Of a stretch of DNA of 64,000 bases, positions 38,395-49,402 are shown in pieces. The notes under the pieces were generated by a model. The model ran no database searches. It worked only from the letters and a program-made list of their open reading frames with translations, and was not told the DNA's origin. Origin of the DNA: Fistulifera solaris (taxonomy: Eukaryota); NCBI GenBank assembly GCA_030295235.1, contig AP026147.1, positions 62,001 to 126,000 on the forward strand, given 5' to 3'. A program made the position numbers and the translations under genes. How positions within the stretch are numbered: position 1 is the stretch's first letter; every line of letters begins with the position of its first letter.

Positions 38395-38850
38395 AATTTA
38401 CACACTGAACAGTCGTGAGAAAGCAGTCATTCGTATGCGATGATTCGGTCTTGATGATGGTAAATGCAAAACTTTGGACGAAACTGGCCGAAAGTTTTCC
38501 GTCACTCGCGAAAGAATACGGCAGATTGAAGCCCGTGCCTTACATAAGCTGCGACAGCCTTACCGCAATCATGCCGTTCAATGCTACGTCAAGGACTATT
38601 CATAGACGGCGCGTGGAGGTGACAGAATCTGTATGCAATAGAAACCAATATCTAAGTAGAAGACAAGGATAGAAGAGAAAGAAATACTATAAAAGAACAA
38701 AATTCAAAAAAAGTAGTAATGATCATAATATTCAACTTAGAAGTAGTTTTCTGGTATTTGTAAGGTTTGTTCCACTTCCCAGTGATACTTTCTAATCTCA
38801 TGTTTCATGGAGGTTGCTGGAGCGAGAATAAGCGGACCATGTAATGCTGC
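38395..38850 (+). repeat. Tandem partial duplicate of the sigma-factor 3' end and downstream sequence
   Basis: 38395-38659 is nearly identical to 37989-38250, with a 3-nt insertion that creates TGA (ATGCGA-TGA-TTC). About 38711-38850 is a more diverged copy of about 38245-38390. Confidence 0.9.
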
Positions 38851-41311
38851 TATCAACGGAAGAAAGATACCCGTATAAGTGTTTCAGCTAATACGCAATG
38901 AGCTTAAGTAACAGTTCCATCAAGGTACTAGATCTTTCACTTTTCTCCGAAAACATAAAATTACAAGTTCTCTTGAACATGTTAACGCGTTTACCCAGAC
39001 GGAACTAAAAACTGAAAAGCAAATATTTAGTCAATATACATTTTTAACATTCGTAATTTTTTTCTTTTATAAAAACCCAGATCTTACTGCTAAACGCTTT
39101 TTCATCACGAGTCTTGTTGGGGTCGCCATGCATACGATAAACAAAAAATGCTCAAACCAAGGTGCTTCATTAATTAGGCTCCAAAGAACATAGCCGCAAC
39201 CTCCGGCGATTCTTGCACCAAAGACACATCTAGCTATTTCTACACTCCCTGATTTTCTTCTATTGACCTTGCTGAATCGTTATAACTATTAGACCCACCA
39301 TTGACGCCTTGAGCCTTATTTTTAATGAGTTTCCCGAAAGATTCGTACGATTTGCATCTTTAAGAGAAAGGCCTGTTACCAACTTCAGATTTGATCTTCT
39401 GGCCGCCGAAAAACACTCGCTTTCACAGGTGTTGGGAGAAAGAGCCGGAAAATAATGAAAGTTGTAATTAACGAATTTGTTATAGCAATAAGTGGCGTCT
39501 GTCGGGTCTACACCACCACTCCTGAATCCCGTTTACCAACCAAATCATGCTTCAACTTAACAACGTTGAGAGCTTGTAATTGCTGTAGTAAAAACTACTT
39601 TGCTATTTTCATCCGTCAAGTGAGCAGGCTTCCCAGATTAAATGGCGATAGATTGAACCTTTGGTATAGAAGCGATTTCTACGTAGAATAACGGCAAATG
39701 CAAACATGAGCAGTAACCAAAGAAATTATCCTTAGATTGAAAAGATGGAAGAAACTAAAAAGCTTGTTTTTACTTGAGTGTTTTGTTATTAATGCCATAC
39801 TCCCAAGCTGTGCCTTGAGCCATGCTAGCTTACTATGAGTATTTGTAAAATAAAGCTAATGTAAGGGAAACACCAATATAATCTTCCATGTCAAATCCCA
39901 ACAATACCCCGCTGCTGGCCGGATTGTTTGGCTATGTTGATCTTTGTGCTTCGCGCCTGATCAGGTAACTATTTCGAGTATTCTGTTCTCAGCTTTCCGC
40001 TTTGTTAAATCTTTTTAACGTCAATTCCATTTTTCCAAATTTTGATCGATAATAACTGAAATCCTGATCAAAATTGGCATGACGTGAGCTCAGCTGAATT
40101 TGTTTCAAGGACATTTTGTAAGCTATATTCATAATTGGCAAAGTACCACCCTGTCACAAAAAAAACGTTTTCGCGGTGACCTATTAGCATTACCTGATCA
40201 TAATAAAGATGGATGAAATTGAATTTCTTGGCATTAAGGAATCTCTACGTCGCATGCTCGCATCGTTCTAGTGACTAAGTTTCATACGCAAGAAACTTTT
40301 CGACTATAAAAAGGCAAATTATTAGCACCGATTAACAGCCCGGATGAAATACAACGGCTATGATCAAGTAAGTTAAGAAGAAACCATGCAATTTCCGTTC
40401 GTATAAGAGAGGATAAGGAAGGACTGATATGATTTTCAAGGGCAGTTTGTAATGAATCGTGTGTTCCAACGGTAATAATAATCATACGCATAAATCATAG
40501 CAATTTGACCTGACTATTTTCATAAGGCTCGAAGTAATCCAGTGGTAATAAGGCGATGTAGAGTCTTTCGGTACGATGACGACAACATGTAGACAGGTGA
40601 TATGGTAATCCATGGCACTTATGCCAAAAATATGTTATGGAGGCTTTATGTAAGTTCAGTGCCATTTATGCCCGAGCTCAATTCTCCACTGTTATCTGTG
40701 TTGGCTTCGTTATGTCGACCATTTTATTTTTTTCGACTTTCTGTCGACAAGCATAAATAAGAAACAAGTATGCAGCTGGTTGTGTCAAACATATATATTT
40801 TGTGAATTCAACCATTGCCCCTGTTTTTCCTTTTTGCATTTTATGTGATCATCATGCTACCACATGATTCCGGCAGTCGACCTGCGCGCTTCGATCGAGG
40901 CAGGGCCCAAGCAACGGAATTTTTTCTTCGATGGAACAGATAATTCATGAAATGATTGTCCATGTCATCCGCGGTGATTTGTGAAAAATGTCGCTTGATC
41001 GAGTTTTCATGATAATAAGCTTAGTTCACCCATGTGTATTTAAGACCTCACCATGAGCTTTAAGGCCTTTTTGGGTGATTCCGGTTTAGAAAACTACTGT
41101 AGATTAACATGATAAATGATTGTTCTTAACCTTGGCCGTTTACTGCCGAACGGAGTAACAATCAGCAATCATGGTTGGAGATAGGAGACGTCCTTAATCA
41201 AGGCATAAATGACATTTGCTATAAATCGCTTGTCCCTGCTTTGTGGTAAGACAACCTAACCTTCAAGTCGGGCTCACAAATTCAGACGGCAAACAATGAC
41301 TAGTATCTATA

Positions 41312-43429
41312 TTAATGTCCATTTACGAGCATGTCGGGTTTTGGCCGATCGTTCAAGTCGGGGACTTGTCTGCCCTTGTAAAAATCAACAAGCTCCCGTC
41401 CCTTCTGAGCAATGTTGTCGACAGAGTATCCAAACAATTTCATGACATCATCTCCAGGACCGCTCATGCCGAAAGTGCCAATGCTAATTGAATTATGGCA
41501 AAATCGATGCCAGCCATGAACAGCAGACGCTTCAACGGCGAGCGTGGGGATATTTCCAGGAAGTATCGAACGCTGGTAGGATTCTGGCTGGGCCAAGAAA
41601 ACTTCTTGACACGGCATAGAGACAACGGCAGTCGGTAAGCCATCTGCGGTCAATGCCGATGCAGCTTTGAGCGAAGGGCCCACTTCGGACCCTGTGGCGA
41701 CGATAATGAGGACGGGACTATCAACTTCCTGAGCAACATAGGCACCTTTGAGAGCTTTTTTCGATCGAGCTGCCTGGAATCGCCATCACTGTTGATCGAG
41801 AGAGCGCAATGACAGTCGGCGTCTCTCTGTGCTCCAACGCGCTTTGATAGGCAGCCGATGTTTCATTTCCATCACCAGGGCGATAAACATTCAGATTGGG
41901 AATGGAGCGAAGCATTTCTAGAGTTTCAACAGGTTGATGCGTCGGGCCATCTTCGCCAAGACCGATCGAATCGTGCGTCATGACAAAGATAACGCCAAAC
42001 TTGGACAATGCTGACAAACGGATAGCTCCAACACAATAACCGGTGAAAATCAGAAATGTTGCGCAGTAGGGGCGCAAACAGCCGTGGGCGAAAAGCCCGT
42101 TGCAAACAGCAACCATCCCATGTTCCCGTACACCGAAACGAATGTACCGGCCTTCGGGGCTGTCCTTTTGGAAGTCCACTACGCCCGGGTAGTCGGTCAA
42201 GTTCGAAGGCGTCAAGTCAGCGGAACCTCCTACCAACTCTGGTAAATTCGGGCCAATAGCACCAAGAACACCGTGACTGTATTTGCGAGTAGCAGCGTCT
42301 TTATCTTTTCCAGCCTCATACGTTGGAAGGCTTTCGATGAGCCCTTCCGGTAGCTTTCCCGCCATGCGACGAGAAAGTTCAGCTGCCTTCTCAGGGAACT
42401 TTGCGGCATATTGGGCAAACATTTCTTCCCAAGCCTTTCGCTTGGCCTCTCCTTTAGCTGCCGCTTGGTTGAAGAATGCCTGGACATCATCAGGGATGTA
42501 AAACATCTCGTCAGGAGGAAGTCCATAAAACTCTTTTGCCTTACGAAGTTCTTCTTTTCCAAGTGGCGCTCCGTGTGCCTCCTCTTTGCCCTGCTTTCCA
42601 GGAGACCCATATCCGATCATCGTTTTCACTTTGATAATAGACGGTTTGTCGGTGACGCTCTTTGCGCTTTCGATAGCCTTGAGCAAGCTCCCAACAGATT
42701 CCTCAACGTCCGTGATCGTCTGCGTATGCCATCCATAGGCTTCATATCGTTTAAGTACATCTTCCGTGAAACTAAGAGACGTTTCTCCATCAATAGTAAT
42801 TTCGTTGTCGTCGTACAAGACGATGAGCTTTCCTAGACCGAGATGGCCCGCTAAAGAGCAGGCTTCTCCACTAACACCTTCCTGAAGACATCCGTCACCG
42901 CAAATAACATAGGTGTAATGATCAAACACTGGCATATTTGTCTCGTTGAACTGAGCTGCCAAGTGACGCTCTGCAATTGCCAATCCGACCGCATTTGAAA
43001 TACCTTGTCCCAAAGGACCCGTACAAACTTCAACTCCTACGATCCACCTTAAATGTGAGTCGAAAAGATCACGAGTGAACTCGTAGCTAAACAAAGCGCT
43101 CGACTTACCAGGAGTTTGGAAGCATTCTGGGTGACCAGGAGTCTTGAAACCGATTTTCCGAAAATGTTTGAGGTCGTCGAGAGACACATCGTAGCCCGTC
43201 AGATGCAACATCGTGTACTGCAAAGCACATGCGTGGCCGTTACTCAACACAAAACGGTCCCGATCAATCCAGGCGGGATCTTTCGACGAGTATTTCATGA
43301 CCTCCCCCACAATGCGTACGCCATCGGCGCACATCCCATGGGAGCACCTGGATGCCCAGCGTTTGCTGCTTCCGGCTGATCTGCGGAGATGGCGCGGATC
43401 GTGTTGACACATTTTAATTCGAACGACAT
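41312..43429 (-). CDS. TKL: Transketolase, cytosolic type (about 681 aa); intron 43037-43108; homopolymer indels near 43306 and 41758
   Basis: Starts [17 protein letters not shown]...AGHPGAPMG with no presequence. Contains [18 protein letters not shown], the GDGCLQEG ThDP motif, FGVREHGM and [16 protein letters not shown]. Confidence 0.97.
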
Positions 43430-44000
43430 GGTTGTGGCTTAAGTTTCTTGCAATTTATGTTGAGGAAAAGTGTGACAAATACGCCGAGATTCGACAAAAA
43501 TGAATTGGTGGTCGATGGAAATCTCAGAAACCGATGGATCCGGAAAAGGTGCGGGTGATGGTCTCGAAGAACTTCGCCTCAAATTTTGGGATGGAAAATG
43601 GATCGATGCGTAGGCCAGACTGTGCTCTGATAGATGAACAGACGGCAGGCTAAAGCGAAAAGCGAACAACTGACAAAAATAGTTTAGTAATTAGTTTATC
43701 TGGTAGTCTAGTCCAAAAGATAAAACAATCGAGCGACAAAATGCGTTACAAAAGAGCTCAAATTGTTTCGAGAAGTCTCCGTTTAAGCCTGGGATTCGTC
43801 TTCAACTAGACTTAGAACAACGGCTTCTTTTCTATAATGAACTGACCTCCTACATTTTCTAGTCTAGCCTAACCGCAGTTTGCTTTGAATCCGTCGAATA
43901 TATGTATGTCTACGCATTTTTAATTTGGCTTGAATCAAGCATCTAATTACTTTAGTTTTCAAAGAGGTAACTGTAAATTACTTTCATATGATGGAAATAT

Positions 44001-44741
44001 CTAAAAGTAAAAAACGATCCATGCCAGAAAAGTGAAGAAAAAGTAAACTGGATAGAGGGCCAGTAACCGTCGCTCTGGCTTGATATACTGACTGATAAAG
44101 AAAGTGCTTGTCCGAGTCGACCATAGGTAACCAACTGCTACCATGATTAAATCGATCCACGCCCACCGAATGATCACCATGACGGCAGCGACTAAGACCA
44201 TAGGAAAGATAGAGTAGCCCAACACACAAAGGGACTGGAAGAATGAAATTGTACTACCCAAGAGCTGTGCATTGATCGTCACGATCGTCCCTCCGACCCA
44301 TACACCGCAAAAAACTGCCGCAAAGACCAAAGATGCTTGCTCACTGGGCGCGCGGAAAGACAAACAGATGCCTAAAGCTAAACACAAAACCAGTGGTCCC
44401 CACAAATCCCAATCCTTGAGTTGCTGCATGATCAATCTGTCATTCTCCGACATTTCCTCGATGTGATCCGGGTTGGCATTGGCATTACTATCCGCCGTAT
44501 CAACAGCAGCGTAAAATATCGGCGCTCGGTCCATCGGTCGCATAACCACTTTCAACTTGGCACCAACGGCTCTTACGTCTCGCATGATTGTCTCCATGAC
44601 CGGCTCATCGAGCGTTGAATAAGGAGCAAATAACTCGTCCTGGTGTTGCTCGACTGTGGTTGCAAGAATGCCGGACGAATTGTATCCGGCATTATTTGCT
44701 GCTGTGGCCCATTCTGGCGCTGCACCACTTGATTGAGCCAT
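44001..44741 (-). CDS. YIP1-family Golgi membrane protein (YIPF6-like)
   Basis: STLDEPVMETIMRD, LKDWDLWGPL, ISFFQSLCVLGYSIFP and RRLLALYP motifs; five hydrophobic helices. Confidence 0.92.
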   Translation of the reverse strand: MAQSSGAAPEWATAANNAGYNSSGILATTVEQHQDELFAPYSTLDEPVMETIMRDVRAVGAKLKVVMRPMDRAPIFYAAVDTADSNANANPDHIEEMSENDRLIMQQLKDWDLWGPLVLCLALGICLSFRAPSEQASLVFAAVFCGVWVGGTIVTINAQLLGSTISFFQSLCVLGYSIFPMVLVAAVMVIIRWAWIDLIMVAVGYLWSTRTSTFFISQYIKPERRLLALYPVYFFFTFLAWIVFYF

Positions 44742-45199
44742 TTGTTGTAATGGAAGTTCTTAATAAACGTTTTTATTGCAACGGTTTTCCCTGGGTGCTG
44801 TATGCTTTTGAGATACAAGTAGTCTTTTTTGCTCCTTGCAGCGTTGCAGGTTGCAGCGCTCATCGCTTCATCTCGCTCTCCACTTTCAGCTTTCAGCCTT
44901 TTCAACGCTATCGTACCGGTACTTTAAAGTGTCTCTTTTGTGTACCTTGCCGTGTCTTATCGTCTTCTTTTGTTAGGACGGGCTTGTGACATGTTATGAC
45001 ATGTCGTATCGTACCGGTACTGACTTGGTTCTACTCCGACCGGGACGAATGATAAACATTTCGCCCGCGACGATGACGATGACAATGACCCGCACACAAA
45101 AAAAAGAACCTAATGAATGAATAATTGTTGAAGTAAACACGAAGACTAACCTTACCTGGTCCAACGATATTTGTTTTGTTCATAAGAGACGACGAAGAC

Positions 45200-45976
45200 A
45201 TGGATGCCTACTTCGGACCCATCTTTCAGCTAGAGCTTCTTGGGCTGCTCTGTCCCTGTATTCAAAAGGAGGAAAATCGAAATGCCGTTCAAGCGGTCAA
45301 GTTTCTGCGGGGTAGAGTCGTTAAATGGAACCGGTCTGCTTCTTCTGGAGGCGGCTTTTCATTAGGGAAACTCTTTCGATCACCCTCGAAATCAGAAAAT
45401 GAAACGAATAGTGGAATAGCAAGAATCAAAATACGTGACAATGAAGATGGGGTTCCAGCTTTGGTTATCGATTCAACAACCGTACTCGATGAGCCAACAG
45501 TCGTTAACGGATCCGAAACATTAGACGAAACGATCCCGACTGCACCCAGTATTCAACTCTCCATCAAGCTCGGTCGTATTGATAAAGTAATCTTAGGGGA
45601 AGATGGTGAACTAGTACTTTTGGCAAAACCAATCCGTTCGAACCCAAAGCCAAAAGAGTTATTGCGTTTTCTATTGTTGGACGACGCTCACCTCCCTGCC
45701 AAAGATGAAGTACGAAATATCTGTCAGCACCATCTCGCTGTACTAGTTGAGTGGGAGCGACAAAGGCGTTTTGAATTGGATGATCTATATGACGAAGAGG
45801 ATGATGAAGAAAATCAACCAAACTTTCTGCAAGCTCGTGCTAATAAGGCGGCTCACTTTGCCAAACGGGAGGTAGAAATGCAACAAACGCGGAGAGAGCG
45901 AGAACAGCGAAAAGCTAAATTTTCTTCTGCTGGGCTGAAGTATACCGCTTTGGCTATGGCGAACCAACAATCATAG
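45200..45976 (+). CDS. Hypothetical protein (beta-rich, possibly PH-like core; C-terminal coiled coil)
   Basis: Intact 258-aa ORF with normal globular composition, ending ...GLKYTALAMA. Confidence 0.7.
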   Translation: MDAYFGPIFQLELLGLLCPCIQKEENRNAVQAVKFLRGRVVKWNRSASSGGGFSLGKLFRSPSKSENETNSGIARIKIRDNEDGVPALVIDSTTVLDEPTVVNGSETLDETIPTAPSIQLSIKLGRIDKVILGEDGELVLLAKPIRSNPKPKELLRFLLLDDAHLPAKDEVRNICQHHLAVLVEWERQRRFELDDLYDEEDDEENQPNFLQARANKAAHFAKREVEMQQTRREREQRKAKFSSAGLKYTALAMANQQS

Positions 45977-46329
45977 ACAAAACCATCATTCCGCTATATC
46001 ATTGATCCTTGCAGCAATGCTGCCACCTTTTCATTGACATCATTAAAATAATAATAACGAATTCAAGTCACTCGGCTTTTAGTCAGAGAGAATATGATTC
46101 CAGACAGTTTTTATAGCGAGTTTTATAGAGACTATAAACTACAATTTAGTATCTAGCTAATGAAATGATAAAAGCTCATCGAGACCCCTTTGCCCTTGAT
46201 GAAGCCTCCACCAAAGTGTCCTCTCCTAGAATTCGACTGTTGTGAAAACTATCTAATTGATTCAATCGTACATGCATCAACGTAGGCGATCTGATATCTA
46301 CCACGCAAAAGGCAAATCCATGCAAAAGA

Positions 46330-46770
46330 CTACCACCAATTCTTGTTCTTCCTTTCCGATGTCATGCGGCGCTGAATCTGGGCGTGATGAAGACGGCCGT
46401 GTTCACGTGCGACACGAGCCGCTGCTGCCTCTCCTGGACTCATTCCTTGAAATGCAATGGCGTGGTTATCGCGATTACTATTCTTGCGCTGGAGCGCGGC
46501 CTTGACGTCCTGATAGTCGAGGCACTCCCGGGGCAAGGGGTTATCATAACAAACCTTTCCAAGCAAATCGAAGCATGATTTCTGAGTGAGCGGGCTGGAA
46601 GGGGGAGTCATCGAGTCATCTGACACCATCTCTTCCTCTGAAAGAAAAGCATTGTGAGCGCAATGAAATGGTCGCCGTTCTTCGCTCCTTCGAAATCCTC
46701 ACTTACGCAAAAGGTCTGGTTCATTCTTCATGCTGTGATGACGGGCGATTGTGTACGAATATTCGTTCAT
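46330..46770 (-). CDS. Small hypothetical protein; intron 46638-46706
   Basis: ATG at 46770. A GTAAGT donor and TTTCAG acceptor splice in frame to ORF 46330..46629. Confidence 0.65.
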
Positions 46771-47276
46771 GATAGCCGTTTGTTGGATTCCAAGCTTTCA
46801 AGATCTGGGAGATGTGAGAGATGTATGTGAGATGTGAGATCCAGAAAAGAATGAGAAAAGAACAAAAGGAAAGAAATAATGCTTCACCATTCTCGCAAAC
46901 GTACAAAACCTACGTGAAGAGACGTAGAAATTTTCCGCGACACGATCTCGTACTGCTTTACTGAGCATCGCGTAGAACAAGGGGCTTATACTGTGCAGGC
47001 GATAGTACATTTCTTAGGTAAACGAATGGGTGTCAAACCGTGTCAGCTACGGTATAGCAAGGTAGTGTGGGTTTGCTATCGTACCAGCACCCAGCCCTCT
47101 AAAACTTCAAGTTTGTGACGTGTAGAATGTCGTCGTATCGTCGTACCACCACTACCGGCTGATGGACAAACGAGCACGTCCGCCTCCTATCTTTTCGACC
47201 ACAATGAGCAGAGAGCAGATCGAGGGCAAACAGCATCTTGCGCACTGACAAAACACATTACATGGACAATTTTATC

Positions 47277-49299
47277 ATGACCGAAGAGTCGAAAGCAGAA
47301 GAGGGACAGCAGAAAAAGCCCGAACGCGTCGTTGCGGTTCCGACGTGTCCCAGCGCCGTCTCAACAGCACTTTTGTTGCTTCGAGCAGCCATCGCCAGTG
47401 TTACAGGGGCGGCGGCTTGCGATCAAAATGTGTCGCTTTTGCAAGCAACTTATGTGAAAGACAAACGATTGACAGGAAAATTTGCAGTTCAGCTAGGCAA
47501 GAAAACTGGAGCTTGTGAGCTGGATCTTTCGGAAGACAAAGCTGAAATTGAGGCTTTATTGAATGCGATTGAAGCAACCGCCAATCGCCTTGCCAGCGAA
47601 GATAATGGAATTTACTGCTTCAAGATTGCCAAGAGCGACCTCATCAATCTCTTCGGAAACGACGGTAACGGTGTTCTGGATGGGTCACATGCCAATGAAA
47701 AGAAAGTACCTCCTGAAACTATCCTCACTTTGGCGTATATGAAAAGCGGAGAAATAGCAGCAGCTGCTGCTCTTCCTTCAGTCCCATTCGCCCGCACGGG
47801 ACTTGTACGACGCATCGAGCTCAATCGAAGCAACTGCGGTGTCGTCGCCAATAAAAAGAAGGCTGAAATCAGCCTGAAGTTCGAAGTTATGGGAAATGAA
47901 GTTACTCAGGAACTGGCGGTTGTGCAAGAAGAACTTTCAGCTATTGATGTCGCATCAATCCAATCGAAAGAGATTAGATGTCCAGAGGGGAAAGTCCTCC
48001 GTGAAACACAGCTGAGGGTTGCGGCTAAAGTGGCGGAGACATCTGTATCTGGGGACGACCCGCCTGTTGCGTCTACGGAAAGCAACGAAATGGTTGTGAA
48101 CGCTTATGAAGTGAAAGGGAAGATAGACTATGAAAAGCTTGTCAATGAGTTTGGTTCTACGATTATATCTTATCAAGTGATGAAAAAGTTATACGACTTG
48201 ACCGTAGGTAAAGGCCGCGTTCCCTGCCTCCACCGCTTCTTGCGACGTGATATTTTCTTTTCCCATCGTGACTTGGAGGTTTTGTTGGATCAAGTGTCGA
48301 ATGGAACACCTCTGTATTTGTACACGGGACGTGGGCCAAGTTCAGAGTCTATGCATCTTGGCCATTTGATTCCTTTCTTGTTTACGCAATGGTTGCAGAA
48401 AGCTCTTGATGTTCCCTTAGTGATTCAAATGACCGACGACGAAAAGTTTCTTTTCAAAGGCGTATACGAAGATGAAACGGGAGACAACCTGGATAACTTT
48501 TCAAGGCTGACAATCGAGAATGCTCGTGATATTATTGCGTGTGGGTTTGATTTCGAGAAAACGTTTCTTTTCTCCGATCTCGACTATGTTGGGCGTATGT
48601 ACCCCAATGTCGTACGAATTTGGAAGGCAGTAACGACCAACAAGGTTTCCAACATTTTTGGTTTTGACGGCAGCAGCAATATCGGCAAGATCGCTTTTCC
48701 GGCTATCCAAGCTGCGCCGTCTTTCGCCAGCTCGTTCCCCACCGTGTTGCAAGCCGATCGATCTTCCGACATGCTATGCCTGATTCCTTGTGCGATCGAC
48801 CAAGATCCGTACTTTCGCATGACGCGTGACATCGCGCACAAGTTGGTGCACAAAAAGCACAAACTTGGAGGCAAACCAGCTTTGATTCACTCCAAATTCT
48901 TTCCTCCTCTCCAGGGTGCCACAGGGAAAATGTCTAGCTCTGACCAAAATTCTGCTATTTTTCTCACCGATACAGCGGAAGAAATTCAATACAAAATCAA
49001 ACACCACGCTCTATCAGGGAGGCCAGGAGAAAGCTGCTGACCAAAGAAAGTTGGGGGCCAATCTTGAGGTGGACGTTGCTTATCAGTGGCTGCGATTCTT
49101 TCTTGAAGATGACGACGAATTGAAGAGGATCGGTGAGGAGTATAGCAGTGGGCAAGGAGAGTACTGGTGCACCTCGAAAGTCAAAGAGCGTTTGGCGTCC
49201 GTATTGCAAGAACTTGTTGCTGAGCACCAGAAACGTCGAGCCGAAGTGACAGACGACGAGGTGCGCAAGTGGATGAGCGAAAGAAAACTGGTCTTCTAA
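47277..49299 (+). CDS. WARS: Cytosolic (eukaryote/archaeal-type) tryptophanyl-tRNA synthetase with an N-terminal AlaX-like extension; frameshift at the G run near 49018
   Basis: [42 protein letters not shown] (HIGH), [11 protein letters not shown] and KMSSS. Removing one G restores ALSGGQ and the C-terminal domain. Confidence 0.97.
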
Positions 49300-49402
49300 A
49301 ATTGAAAGGAAGTTAAAAGAGCAGCGAGCTCTATCAGTAAAAAAATCAACGCGAAAAGCGCTATTTATACTCAAAGGAAAGACTAAGCACCATAGAGTTA
49401 TT

